Assembly: GCA_000934665.2 (NCBI GenBank)
Contig: JYFJ02002317.1
Coordinates: forward strand, 1-61,096
Reading direction: 5' to 3'
DNA from: Catajapyx aquilonaris
Lineage: Eukaryota
Length of the DNA stretch: 61,096 bases
Both the position numbers and the translations under genes were made by a program. Each line of letters begins with the position of its first letter. Position 1 is the first letter of the stretch. This document shows, in pieces, positions 1 to 16,700 of this stretch. The notes beneath the pieces are model-generated. The model worked only from the letters and a program-made list of their open reading frames with translations, searched no databases and was not told the DNA's origin.

Positions 1-304
1 GTCACCCCAAGACATGTATATAGCTGTCTGTGCAAGTTCGGACTTGCACCTCTACGCTTTCATACCCAGGTAGATAAATTATTGAACCGCCCTCGTAGAT
101 ACTCTGAGTATAATATCTGCCTAGATAAAGAGGTATATGAGTTACATCACTTTTGGCAATCATTTTTGACAACTGGGAGTATTAGGCTTGTGTCCCGCTT
201 CGATTTAACCAGCTTAATGAGTATAAAGGGCCATTCCTTTGCAACCATTCCAGCTAGAAGATCTTGGACGGCTGGTTGATCCCGCAAGGAATGACCCACT
301 TGTC

Positions 305-5318
<5,014 letters not shown>

Positions 5319-5328
5319 GGTGATGCCT

Positions 5329-5383
5329 GCCTTGCCTTGCCTTGCCTTGCCTTGCCTTGCCTTGCCTTGCCTTGCCTTGCCTT
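5329..5383. repeat. (GCCTT)11 pentanucleotide microsatellite just upstream of the LRRC40 ATG
   Basis: Directly visible. Confidence 0.95.
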
Positions 5384-5527
5384 CTTAATCAGGGACAGGG
5401 CGGCGCCCTCCTGAGGCCACGGAATCCGCCACTCCAGGCAACGGGACCAAAACAAACCATGAATGTATCCCCAGTGCTCAAGCAGGATTTCCTGATCATT
5501 CAATCGCGGATTCAATCAATCCCTCGA

Positions 5528-5541
5528 CGGCCATCTTTGTT
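5528..5541 (-). promoter_or_regulatory. YY1/Pho-like element (AAGATGGC) about 210 nt upstream of the LRRC40 ATG
   Basis: Minus-strand acAAAGATGGCCgt; this motif is typical just downstream of housekeeping TSSs. Function is inferred. Confidence 0.35.
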
Positions 5542-5992
5542 TTCCTTGTTGCCACGGGGAGTGGGGGCTGCTCCATTAATATTCATCTGCGCGTCACTTA
5601 TTCACACCGCGCCTACTACCCCCCTAACAGAAATAAACAGCCCTCTGAACAACATACCAGGGACAAGTAAAGCTACTTGTTTCCTGAACATACTGCGACA
5701 CTGTACACATGATGGAGAAAGCTATAGAGAGTCGGTGGCGGAAATCCTCGTCCGTCTGTCATATGGCCCGTATAGGGCCTGGGGATTATTATTGTGCCTG
5801 CCGGGAAAGCTCTTCCGGGTGTTTATACGTACTCTCTCTATACTCGGGCATAATATAATATACTCGCTCCAGCGTGAAACAATAGGCCCAACAAGTGCAT
5901 GATGATTGCCGCATTAAACGTCCAAGCACATTCATTTCGTTACAAAAATATTATCACATAATAATTGTATAACATTTAGGGTGCCAATGCAC

Positions 5993-6114
5993 CATAATTT
6001 AATATTATCACTCTTGATATTATTAATCCGCCCTGTTGCCTTTGGCATCATTTTTAGGATTCCGTACCAAGTTTGCATAATCATGCGTAATATCAAGAGT
6101 GGTAATATATTATG
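5993..6114. repeat. Short imperfect inverted repeat, possible MITE remnant
   Basis: atattatcactcttgatatta (6002-6022) pairs with taatatcaagagtggtaatat (6088-6108) with one mismatch. Confidence 0.55.
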
Positions 6115-9100
6115 AGTGAAACTTACCAGTTAATGCCGTTTATAAGACAGGCCTCCTAGCTTCAATGACAGGCGGCGGACAACTTTGGGAGCTCGCGATT
6201 TCATTATATATATATATATATATGCATAAAAAGAATAAACAATGCGAGAATAAAATAAAAGCCAGCTGGTTTAAGATTCTTGGGCCTTGTTGGTGATTAT
6301 TTTTCCTTCCACATTTTACGGTATAGGTACATGATAATTATTATCATTACACACAATATCATTATTATTCTTATACTGTACAAAGTGTACAAGGTGTGAT
6401 GAATAATTTTCTTATGCACTTAATTTACATGGTCAAAACACACATGCATACCAAAAAAAACATGACTCGGGATCAGAACAACAATAACAACAATAACCAT
6501 CTTCATCATCTTCATCATCATCATCATCGTCTTCTACGTCATCATAATCGACATAATAATTATTTTCATACGTATAACGACCTCTGGAACGATATAACTG
6601 GGGGGGATGGGGCGTTTTGTAATGGGGGAAATAATTGCAAAGCAGTAACAATATACACCTGTCGGATTTTGTATGTACATTGCGTTTTTGATGAGGCAGT
6701 CATATACATCTTGGGGGTAGATTGGTGCATCACATAATTATGGTGTGAGTGGGGTGTGGGGGAGGGGATGGCAAGAAAGAATCTCACACTACAATCTGCG
6801 TCAGGTCACCGTGATTGGATGCTGAGTGTAAGAAGGCACGGGATATAGGAATTGAATTTCACTAAAAACACCCGCTTCTTCTTCTTCATCTTCATCGTCT
6901 GCGAGCTTGTATGTACTGTTACGACATAATGACCAATAAAATTTAACTTCCTTCTAATTACTGTATTATTATTATTACCATCATTAAAATTGGTTACTCG
7001 ACGTCTGACCTAATAATATTCTGCTGAATGGGTGATGGGAATAAAAGCATTCTCTCTCTCTCTCTTTCTTTCTATAATAGAGGAACAATAAGGGAACAAA
7101 TAACATACGTTAAACTCATTATTATCATTATTATCATTATTTGTGGCAATGAATAAAACCGGTGAGATAGACACATCCAGACTGAGATGCAGCAATACAA
7201 TGTAATTAACAACGCTACGAAAGGTGACTCATTTTTATCTCTCTCGGTGCGTGCTCCACAGGGTTTTTTTTGGTTTTGTTCTGACTTGTAAACACTACAT
7301 AATTATCTCAGGCTAATCGTCGTTGTATATTACAGACATACGTTTGGGCGTGTGTATTCATGGTAATAACTGTTTTTGTTTTAAACGAGATTCGACGGTC
7401 GTCGGTGCTGTCCTACATATTATAATATACCAAAGCACTTGAAACTCATCTCACGGAGATGACTCTGTCTGTCTGCGGGGAATATTTTCGACGTTAATCA
7501 GGTTCATGTACGCATGTAGCTCACTACAAGATACACATTAGGCACCAAAAACTGCGCTCAATTTGGACTCGGGAGAGGAATAATGTGGGTGGTGTGTTAT
7601 ATGTGGGTGTGTCACGTGTGTCGGGTTCAGAAAGGGGGGAGAAATGGCGTGAAACCAGAAAGAAAGTGCCTCTAACCCACTCGCACTGCGCCTATTTTGT
7701 TAGCACCACCTCGTCATCGTCAACAACAGCATCAACAATCGACTGCAGCAGGGATGCCCGTGGGTGAATGAGACGACCGACGTCACGAGAAAAGCGCGGT
7801 GCGGCCAGGCCCACCCATCAGCAGGCGCATCACACGACCGTGCGCAGACAGTGTTCCCGGATGCATAAGGCACAGCTGCTTTTGCACTCACTGGATTTCT
7901 GCCAATTAAAAATGTACACGTTTCGTGCATCTGGGAAAAGAAATCACTGGAGGCCACGTAAAATGTATATCAGCCGGATATTCCTGTCGAGTTTAACACA
8001 TTTTTTATAGATTCTGACAACCCCGTCTTTAAATTTTCATGTGACGTCGGTTTGATCAATGTTTACGGATCACCCTGTACACGCGCAGACCCCCCCAGTG
8101 ACCAGCTATGGCGACGCAGCCAGGGGAAAGCGTGGCCACACACGCCATATAGTATAGACGTCGTTGTCGCCCCCCAGGAAATAACTGGGTCCATCCACCG
8201 GCATATCACAGTGGTGCTTGCCCAGAACAGGCAACCCTGCTCCTCATATATCCGACTCTCCTCGGCAGTAAAAAATAAAATCTCGATAGAGCCCATAGAG
8301 ATCAGCCCTCCAATATTATAAACGCGGCTTCCAGAAGATACAACTATTAGCGTGACAAAATATTATTGCGCCTCGGGGGACCACACTTTTAGTAGACTTG
8401 TAAACAAAGCCTAATAATAATAATTAATAATAATAATCGTCAGTTTGCACTGAATTTACAGCCACGTTGCGGCAGGTGATATCTGCATACTGTACATTAT
8501 GTACAACTCAATATATTATTGGCAGCACCACATGATCATAACCTTATACTCGTTCCAGGATGTCACACTCATCTACATCCAATTATTATTATTACATGAG
8601 CACCAAAATCAGGTTTCACAAGCCGCTTTTTGGACACAAAAATTGGCGCAATGCTCGGCTGATGTCTCTACAGCAGGTTGGCATTTAAAATATGACTCCC
8701 ATTTTATTTTATTTTAAACTCGCGTTCTCGTTAACAAGGATCGCGGTTATTAGTAGTAGTCTCAGGTGGAAACGGCAAATATTCTTCCCGAATGTGTACA
8801 AATATTATGTTGACTCAAGCACCTTTATTCTGACACGTGTCATTTTCCCCCCCATCTTTGCACGAACGTGTCTCGATTGATTTCTACGCGACTCAGATGA
8901 CTCGAGACAGGAGCAGGGCAGGGAGGGGCATCAGGGAGGGGCAGGGAATAATAACAATCTATATCTTGAATAGAGAGAGAACTGGTTAGAGAGACACGAC
9001 GTGTTGCTCTCGGGTCAATCGGTGTGCATGTGAACCCTGGGATGGACACACACGCCAGTTTGATTCTCCATTTGCGCCTTTAGGCCTACACTTAGCTGTT

Positions 9101-10655
9101 AGTCAGACTATGTGATAAACTCAATGGGGGAGGGCATGAGGTCGATCGGGGATTGGAGTAGGAGGTCAACACAACAAAATCTGCCAGCTCATCAGTCGTG
9201 CAGTCTCTCTTCCGCTGGTGCACAGCCATTGTTGTCCAACTATGAACACAGCACACCCGGCAATGGGAGAGTGGGATAGGTCGAAAGACTCCAGACAAAT
9301 CGCGAATAAAGTGAGACGAGTAACAACGTAAAGCAAGGAGTGACGGTCTTCCTCCGCACTCGGTAAATGGCACAAAAAGGGACGCAAACAGCTCTCTTCC
9401 TCCTCCTCTATATAGACTCTGATACAATATTCTCTCTCTCTCTGTCTTTCTATCTCTTTCTGCACTTAACAAACACCCGGTGTATATAGTACAATCCGAC
9501 TTGAACAATATTAAAACCTGGCAACAAAGAGCAAGCGTGGTTGTTCTTTCTCTCTCTTTTTTTATCCCAAAAATATAGCTCTTCGAGTCGTACACTACAA
9601 CTGTTTCGTCCTCTGTACACAAGCGATGGCTACCAGATTCGCTTCATTCACTCCCGATGCAGGCAGGCGACCCCGATGGAAACAGGTTCCTCGGACCTGC
9701 AGGGGATAGAGATAGCAATGTGATAGAAAACGCGAACTGTGCACAACTGCGACGCATGGACTTACCTGTGCCGGCGGCAAACAGAGTGGGGAAAACATGA
9801 GGAAGTCACACAAGAAGGAAATAATAAAGGAAAAGGGAAGGAAAAAAGGAATAAGCCATACGAGGTATAGGTGGGGAATGCGATGCGACTTCTTCTCTCT
9901 TCCTTGTTGAGAAGGAGGGAAAGGAAAGAACGAAGTTGCAACTATATATGTATATAGGGAGGTATACAGAGGTGGGAGAGAAAAGGAAATGAACACCGTA
10001 ACTCCAGTCACATCACTGTGAAACTATCACGTGCACTTGTGTGACACTGATGGGTTCGTCTCCTTTTGTCGTCTGATCCATGTTTTTTTCTTCTTCCATT
10101 TTTAAAATCATGTCCCGGTACAAAAGTCTTTCGGTTGTGTATAGTCCGGCCTGTTCGTGTCGCGTGGGAGGGTGAAATGGAGGATGAGTCTGGAAGTTGG
10201 GGGGGTCAAAGGGACGCCACCGCCAGAGGGACGCGTGTGCGAAGGCCACGTGTCGAAATAAGCGTCACGGAAATGGGAGGACAGGTGTCACAGGAGGGGC
10301 GGATGGGGGCAGCCAGAGAACCATCGTCGTCAAACTGATATGTTGCAATCAAGGCCGAGTGGTGATGGTGGTGCTCACTATTATCTGTTTGGGGAGAGGG
10401 GCAACTAGAGAGGCGATACCTACATCTTTTGATGGGCTATAGAGGACGACTCTTTCTATTTGCGACGGGCCCCCCTCCTCGTGTGGTCCGGGAGAAGAGG
10501 AAGAGGGGGTCGAAAGACCAGAAAACGCGAGGGTTGATTGGGAATGACCACTCTCGTCGAATAGGAAGGAGAGGAGGGAATTTCCTGACCAAAAAATAAC
10601 GATACAAGAACCAAAAATAAAGAGAGAAGGGAATTGTCTCGATGCTGATTCACAG

Positions 10656-10757
10656 TCACACTTCCTGGAGGTACTTGAGGGGGCAGACGCCTTGCTTGTT
10701 GTCACCAGATCGGATCATCACCATGCCCTCCATCTCTTCGCCGATCTGTATCACTAT
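10656..10757 (-). CDS. Stacl: Stac-like terminal coding exon, end of SH3 #2 (IVIQIGEEMEGMVMIRSGDNKQGVCPLKYLQEV*)
   Basis: Acceptor ccattgcag|; TGA at 10656-10658; GxxPxxYL motif. Confidence 0.9.
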   Translation of the reverse strand: MVIQIGEEMEGMVMIRSGDNKQGVCPLKYLQEV

Positions 10758-13700
10758 CTGCAATGGTCGAAAATGGAGGAGCGTGAATCCAAAGTGCACA
10801 CGATCGCCAACCCACAGCATTGGCGCACGTTACCTGATCGCGAAGAAGTTTAAGTCCGTTGTCTCCGTCGGACAACTGGAGGTTGTGGGTGACTTGAAGA
10901 GGCTTCTCGCCTGGATGCAGCTTGGTGACGTACTTTGACGGGAAGTAGCCCACCTTCCCTAAACACTTTCCCTGCCACCAGTCCGGATCTGAAGTGTCTA
11001 TCACCGTCACTTTGTAGCCAGCTCTGCACAAAAGAGAGAGAAGAAGCGGTATTTAAGCAATTACTGTTACCAAGGAGGTGCTGGGCTTACTTAAGATCCA
11101 GCTCATCTGGTTGACGAGACTTGAAGTTGTATAGCACCACGTAAAGGTTGGTCGGCAGCAAGCGATGGGGCTGCAAAAGGCAACACACAAAATAATGATG
11201 TATAAGAGGGGGGGTGGTACAGCACATGTGGAAAGCAAAAAGCAAGACTGACCCCAGGTCCGACCGGAGATGGGCAGGGCGAGGCCGAGGCCGAGCTGAG
11301 GGACTTGTCGTTGTCGTCTGGAAGCTCGACGGAGCTCATCCTCATTCCCCTGGCCGACAGCAGGCGACGGTTGTGCACCGGACTCGACGGAGCTAAACGG
11401 AGGCAGGCAACCACCCCAAGCACACCCCGATATCAGGACAATAACGTGATGAAACAGAGATTGAGACACGTATACGCGGGGAAGTGTAGTAAGATGATGG
11501 TGCAGCAGCAATCCCAAAGAAGGTAGCAATCACACACTCTCTCAAAAGCTTCGAAAACCATGCCAGAACCACAAACTCATGCAGTTAGTACAGTATATGA
11601 TACTCAATAAGGCTAGGAGCACACGGAACCCAACAGTGAAACGTGCCAAACAAGTTCCCGCAAAAGCAATATATGCAGCCTACACTTCGTGTAGAAGCCC
11701 CAGCTAAAAGTAGGAAGAGACAAACAAGTAACATTTTCGTAAAGAGTACACAACTAGAAAGAAATGCGAGACACTTGTGTACCAATATACTGATAAGTCA
11801 AAAAGATGTCACGACACTGTTCGAGATCAAAAAACGATTGGCTTTTTGGTTACGGAACTAAAAGAGAAACCGGAAGAGGACTAAGGGGAGGAAGAAAAAA
11901 AAAACAACCTCCCAGCAATAACAGTCCAAAAAATCTGAAAGAGAAAGAAGCCATAAACGCAACGTACTACAGGAAGAGAGTGCATTACGTGTTGCGAGCA
12001 AAGAGTGAAGACGACTCTACACGATAGACGGCACATTTGACAAGGTGCTAATAAGAAGATAGAGAAAGAGTAATAATGATTGTTGCGCAGCATGGATGGA
12101 AGGCAATAATTAATTACACTGGCTGTGCGAGGAGGAGTGGCTTCCTTGCTGCTGGCCGGCCTTTCTTCGTCTCTGGGCGTGTTCAGTCGATTCAGGCGAG
12201 TCCAGAGAGAAGCTCTTCATCCGGAGGTTCAACTTCTGACGCCGAGGACTGTGCGGAGCTGCGAACAACAACAGCAACCACCCAAACACACTCTTCACAT
12301 CACTCGGGGACTCGGAACAGTTCACACCGAAGATCAGAGACCGGTGTACCAAGGACATTGTCAAACAGCTGAAGCTTTTGTTTTAAAAAAAATAGAACCA
12401 GAAAACCTATTCTATTGGCAACCAGCATGGCCATTTCGTCATTATGAACACTTCTGACAATGCAAACACGACAGTGCGCTACTCTTTAATACACAAAAAA
12501 TTTAAGCAAAACACGACCCTCCATGGAATTAATGTTGAAAAAACACTTCACCCTCCATAGAAGCTACACTTGTTAAGACTACACAGGTCGACACACGCGC
12601 TGTGTAAACTTGCTGCTTGGCAAAATACCTTGGCACACACGGTGCACAATGTTTAACACACAAGTAGTAGTAGTAGTAATAGGCCACACTGGAGGTGCCA
12701 AGCATTTCCTACACCACCACCGGGAGTATTGCAGTCCGTCATGTCGCGTTCGCTTTGACTTGATCGATGTTCTCGTTGCCCGAGCTGTGCATGTAGGAGG
12801 GAATGCCTGGCACCTCCAGGCAGAGATATTCTTCTATGGACTTCTACTGTATACACACTACGTAAGAAGGTAACTGCGTGGTGACCATTACGGTGAGAAG
12901 CAACGTGGCGTTGGCGAAGGCACATCTCATCAATTATTATTACTGCCAGTGGGTGTGAGATGGCCATTGCAGCCAAGAGTGCTCTGCTATAGACCAACAT
13001 GCAGTATTGCCTTTGCACAGTGTTGTATACATAATATGTTAAATGCATGCGTGCTGGAGGGGGGAGAAGGGACGTTACAATCACGCTCCTGCAGCAGCTG
13101 CGACGACGACGACAATTAGTGTGCACAGAAGCATTATTGGATAATAATGTAAGGTGCTGGGATCTGACGCTACTGAAAAACCAAGCCTTATATATGTACT
13201 CAGCCATGACGTGGGTGTGGGTGGACATATACCAAAATGTGTGAATGGTGACATGCAAAATACATATACAACTCTACTGGTGACGGGATCAATAAGTAAC
13301 TACGGTGAACAGCAGCAGCACATGACCAGCACCATGTAAGGCACAGAGGTTGAGGAGTAATCTGGCGGAAGGAAAAGCCAACGATTCTTCATGTGAGAAT
13401 ACAGGGGTGAGTAACTCAGCAGCAAGCATATTCACGGCTTGCTTCTTCCTTCTTCCCCCAGAATGGTTGGCCAATCAAAACTCTAGCACTGGTTACATGG
13501 GTGTTAATAAAAATGCAAAAAATAGGTGTTGTGCCAAATTGGTGGAAATCCAATGGAAAAGAGGGCAATCGAAATTGAGTACTATAATCGTACTATATAG
13601 CAAGAGTGAAGTGAGGCAAGCGTGAAATATAATTTTAAAACGGTGCAGTGTGAGAAAGCAGTGGACCGGGTGTCGCAGAACCGAGCGCACTCGACTGTGG

Positions 13701-16700
13701 TGAGGCTGTGCCCGCTAGATGCCAGGCCATCCTTCCGATCTCGCAGGAGGCCTGACACCTAGCGGGTACAAGAGATACTGCGACGCACGGCTCAGAGAAA
13801 GAGGGACAAGTTGTGAGAGAGTATTAAGGAGACAGATATATTTGCCAAAATATAGAGAGATATAAACTAATATATAACATATCCTATAGGAAATATGCCC
13901 ACCAGTCTGGGGAGCTGAAAAGTGGTTGCGAGGAAGGGCGAGTCCGTTACTCATGGTCGCCAAGGATCGTCTGTCTGAGACTTGAAGCAGCCGGTACGGA
14001 CCGTTGGCTGTCTCACACACACACACCGAAATGCACGGAGAGGAGAAACCGACGAAAAAGAATATTTATAAAAAAGAGAGAAAGAGACAGAGGTGGAATA
14101 CACAGTCAAAAAGGAAAACGGAATATTGTGACGGAAAATTAGAACAACTCATAAAATATGGGGGGATATCGTGTCATATTATGCACATCAGTTTTAACGT
14201 GGCTCGAACGAAGGTGGTGTGAGGTTTTTTTTTTTGTATATATGTACACACCCATGAACAACATCCAATCATGCAACACCGTTGCAACAAGTGAATGACT
14301 ATACGAGAGTGGTTGCTGGCTATACCTGCAAAGAGAGACTTGAGAGATTCTCGTTAGTTTTTCTCCACGTGTATGCACAACACTTAATATGACACAAACG
14401 CCCGTCTCCCTTTTTTTCTGAGAAATGCAATTAGCAGTCTTGTTGACCTCACGGGTGCATCTCCAACAATGTTGCAAACAGGATGCTGTGAGCGTCAAAA
14501 AGGGGCATGCAACAATGCGTCAATGCTATAGAAACCATCGAGCACCACCGGGGAAGGGTCCTTCATCACAAGGTTATAATTTTTTTTAATGACACCGGAC
14601 AAGCATCGGTCCAGGCACCAGCTACGTATTCTGGAGCTACGTAACCATCAGCACTCTGGCAAGGGTGAAGGTTGAGTGCAATGCGCGCGCACAGCCAGGC
14701 CCTCACAGGCTGCGCACGTGTTTCTGCGCAGCTCGAGTGGGCGGAGCAGTCGAGCTGGCGCATGAGCAGCGCACGAGACCTCCACCTTGCTCGAGTGCTG
14801 AAGTATTTTTTTGTCCAAAACGTTTTACTGGCACATGGTACAGTACACGTGACCATAGACGAGCAATGAGCATGGCGGTGGTCACGACAGCCTCCGATGT
14901 TTGTCCGGGTGTATCGACACCCCAGCACATGAAGCAAACGGTTGCGGAGTATTGTAAGGCACCTCCTCCTCCTGCTCCGGCCGACGACGTCCGAAGCCCC
15001 GTCGAGTTGGGACTCCCTTTGCCGCTCCCACCGCCTCCACCACTTCCGCCTTTCCTGTCTAGCGCCTCCTCCTCCAGCGCCTCCTCTTCGCCCACCCCTT
15101 CGTCCTCCTCGCCCACGGGCGGACCCGGGCCAGCACCCAGAGGCGACCCTAGAGGGCTGCCTGCCACCGGACTCCTGACGGGGCTCCTCTGCGACGCCGC
15201 CGCAACCAGACCGACGGCGAACCCAGCTGGTATGGCGTCGTCGGCCGAGATGCTCTTCCTCTTCCCGAAGAGCCTCCGAAGACGGCTGGTTTCCGCTCCT
15301 CATATAGTGTTATACACATACAAGTGGATGCAGTAGGAGTGGGGGGAGGGGCGGGTGTGGCACCAGCACCCCCTCTCATTTCTCTTATCATTTTTTTTTG
15401 TTGTTGAAAAAAAAATATGTACGCGCCCCTGACACACACACTCACTCAACACTCATACACCTTCATATATATATAATATGTTTTGGACTGGGAATTTACG
15501 CCGATTATTAAAACAATCTCTTTCACTATACAACAACGCCTAGTGCGTCTACGCTACTTTTGATAGTTGCTGCGTGGGGATGGGATGAGGAGGGGAGAAG
15601 GAAGGGGGGTGGGGGAGGGGATAGATCCTAGTGCTTGCTGGCGACTGAAACAGAGCAAGGGAAACGGGGGGAAACCAGTTGTTTTTTTTTAAGCTGCCGT
15701 GTGTGCTCACAATATCCAGCCATTAGTGCGGTTAGTCCACCACAGAATGATGAACCGCCACCACACATCACCACCTCCTGAAAGAAGCTTATACCCGCTG
15801 CAAAAGTGTGGGTGGGTATTGGTGGAGGGGGGGGGGGCACCATTCACAGAACCAGTCAGAATTCTATCTACACCATAAATAGAGTGTATTTCCCATGGGG
15901 GAGAGGTTGCATACCGCTGGGGGGACAAAGGGCACGTTAGTGGGGCTGCTCGTCTGAAGCTGCCCTGCACCGGCGGAGCACCTTTGGCATGACACAACGT
16001 CATATTCGAAGGATTCGATTCTGACAGAGTTTCTTTGCCTATACGTACTGCGTAACAGCAAGAGAGTGAGAGACAGAAGAGAGAGACAGAGAGACAGAGA
16101 GAAGTGCTACTCTGGTATATAATATCTGATGAGGTTGAGGCAAGAAGAGACACACCTGATGAGGAGATGGGCGCGTTTCCGGGGTTGTTGGCTGCTGCGG
16201 CTGCGGAGGCGGTGGCGGCCACCACCAGCATCGGAGGGGTGGTGCTGACTCCCCCCGGGCGGAAGGTGGCCCGAGGTCCGCCCCGGGGCAGGGACGCCGC
16301 CGAGGAGGACCCTGAGCTGCCCGCCGACCCTCCCGCCTCCTTATTGCTCTCCCTCTCCCGCTCCCTTTCCCTCTCCCTCTCCCGGTCCCTGGCGTCCTTG
16401 AGCTCCCTGGCCTCCCGGATGTCCCTGGACTCCCTCAGGATGTCCCGGACGTCCCTCAGCTCCCTCATGTCCCTGACCAGCTCCCTCGGGTCCCTACCCC
16501 CGCTGCTGCTGCTGCTCCCTCCCTCCTGAGTAGGGACGCCTCCTCCTCCTCCTCCTCCCGAGGATGGGTGGCACTGCTGGAAGGTGGAGGGCGTCGCGAC
16601 GCCTCTGCTGCTCTTGATCTCCCCAGCCTGCTTCAGCACCTGGTAGATCAGGTCCATTTCCTCCGCTTCTGAGCCGCGTCCCAGACAGACAGACAGCCTT

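Noticed and set aside
5342..5902. 186-aa plus-strand ORF suggesting a divergent gene
   Set aside because: Starts within the pentanucleotide repeat and has no recognisable domain or exon structure.
13665..13780. GC-rich segment with several possible acceptors (reads ...DGLASSGHSL...)
   Set aside because: I could not find a convincing acceptor/donor pair that preserves frame; left unannotated.
14566..15336. 245-aa minus ORF and 223-aa plus ORF over the GC-rich block
   Set aside because: Alternative frame and antisense shadows of the candidate cassette exon; not protein-like outside the GC-rich core.
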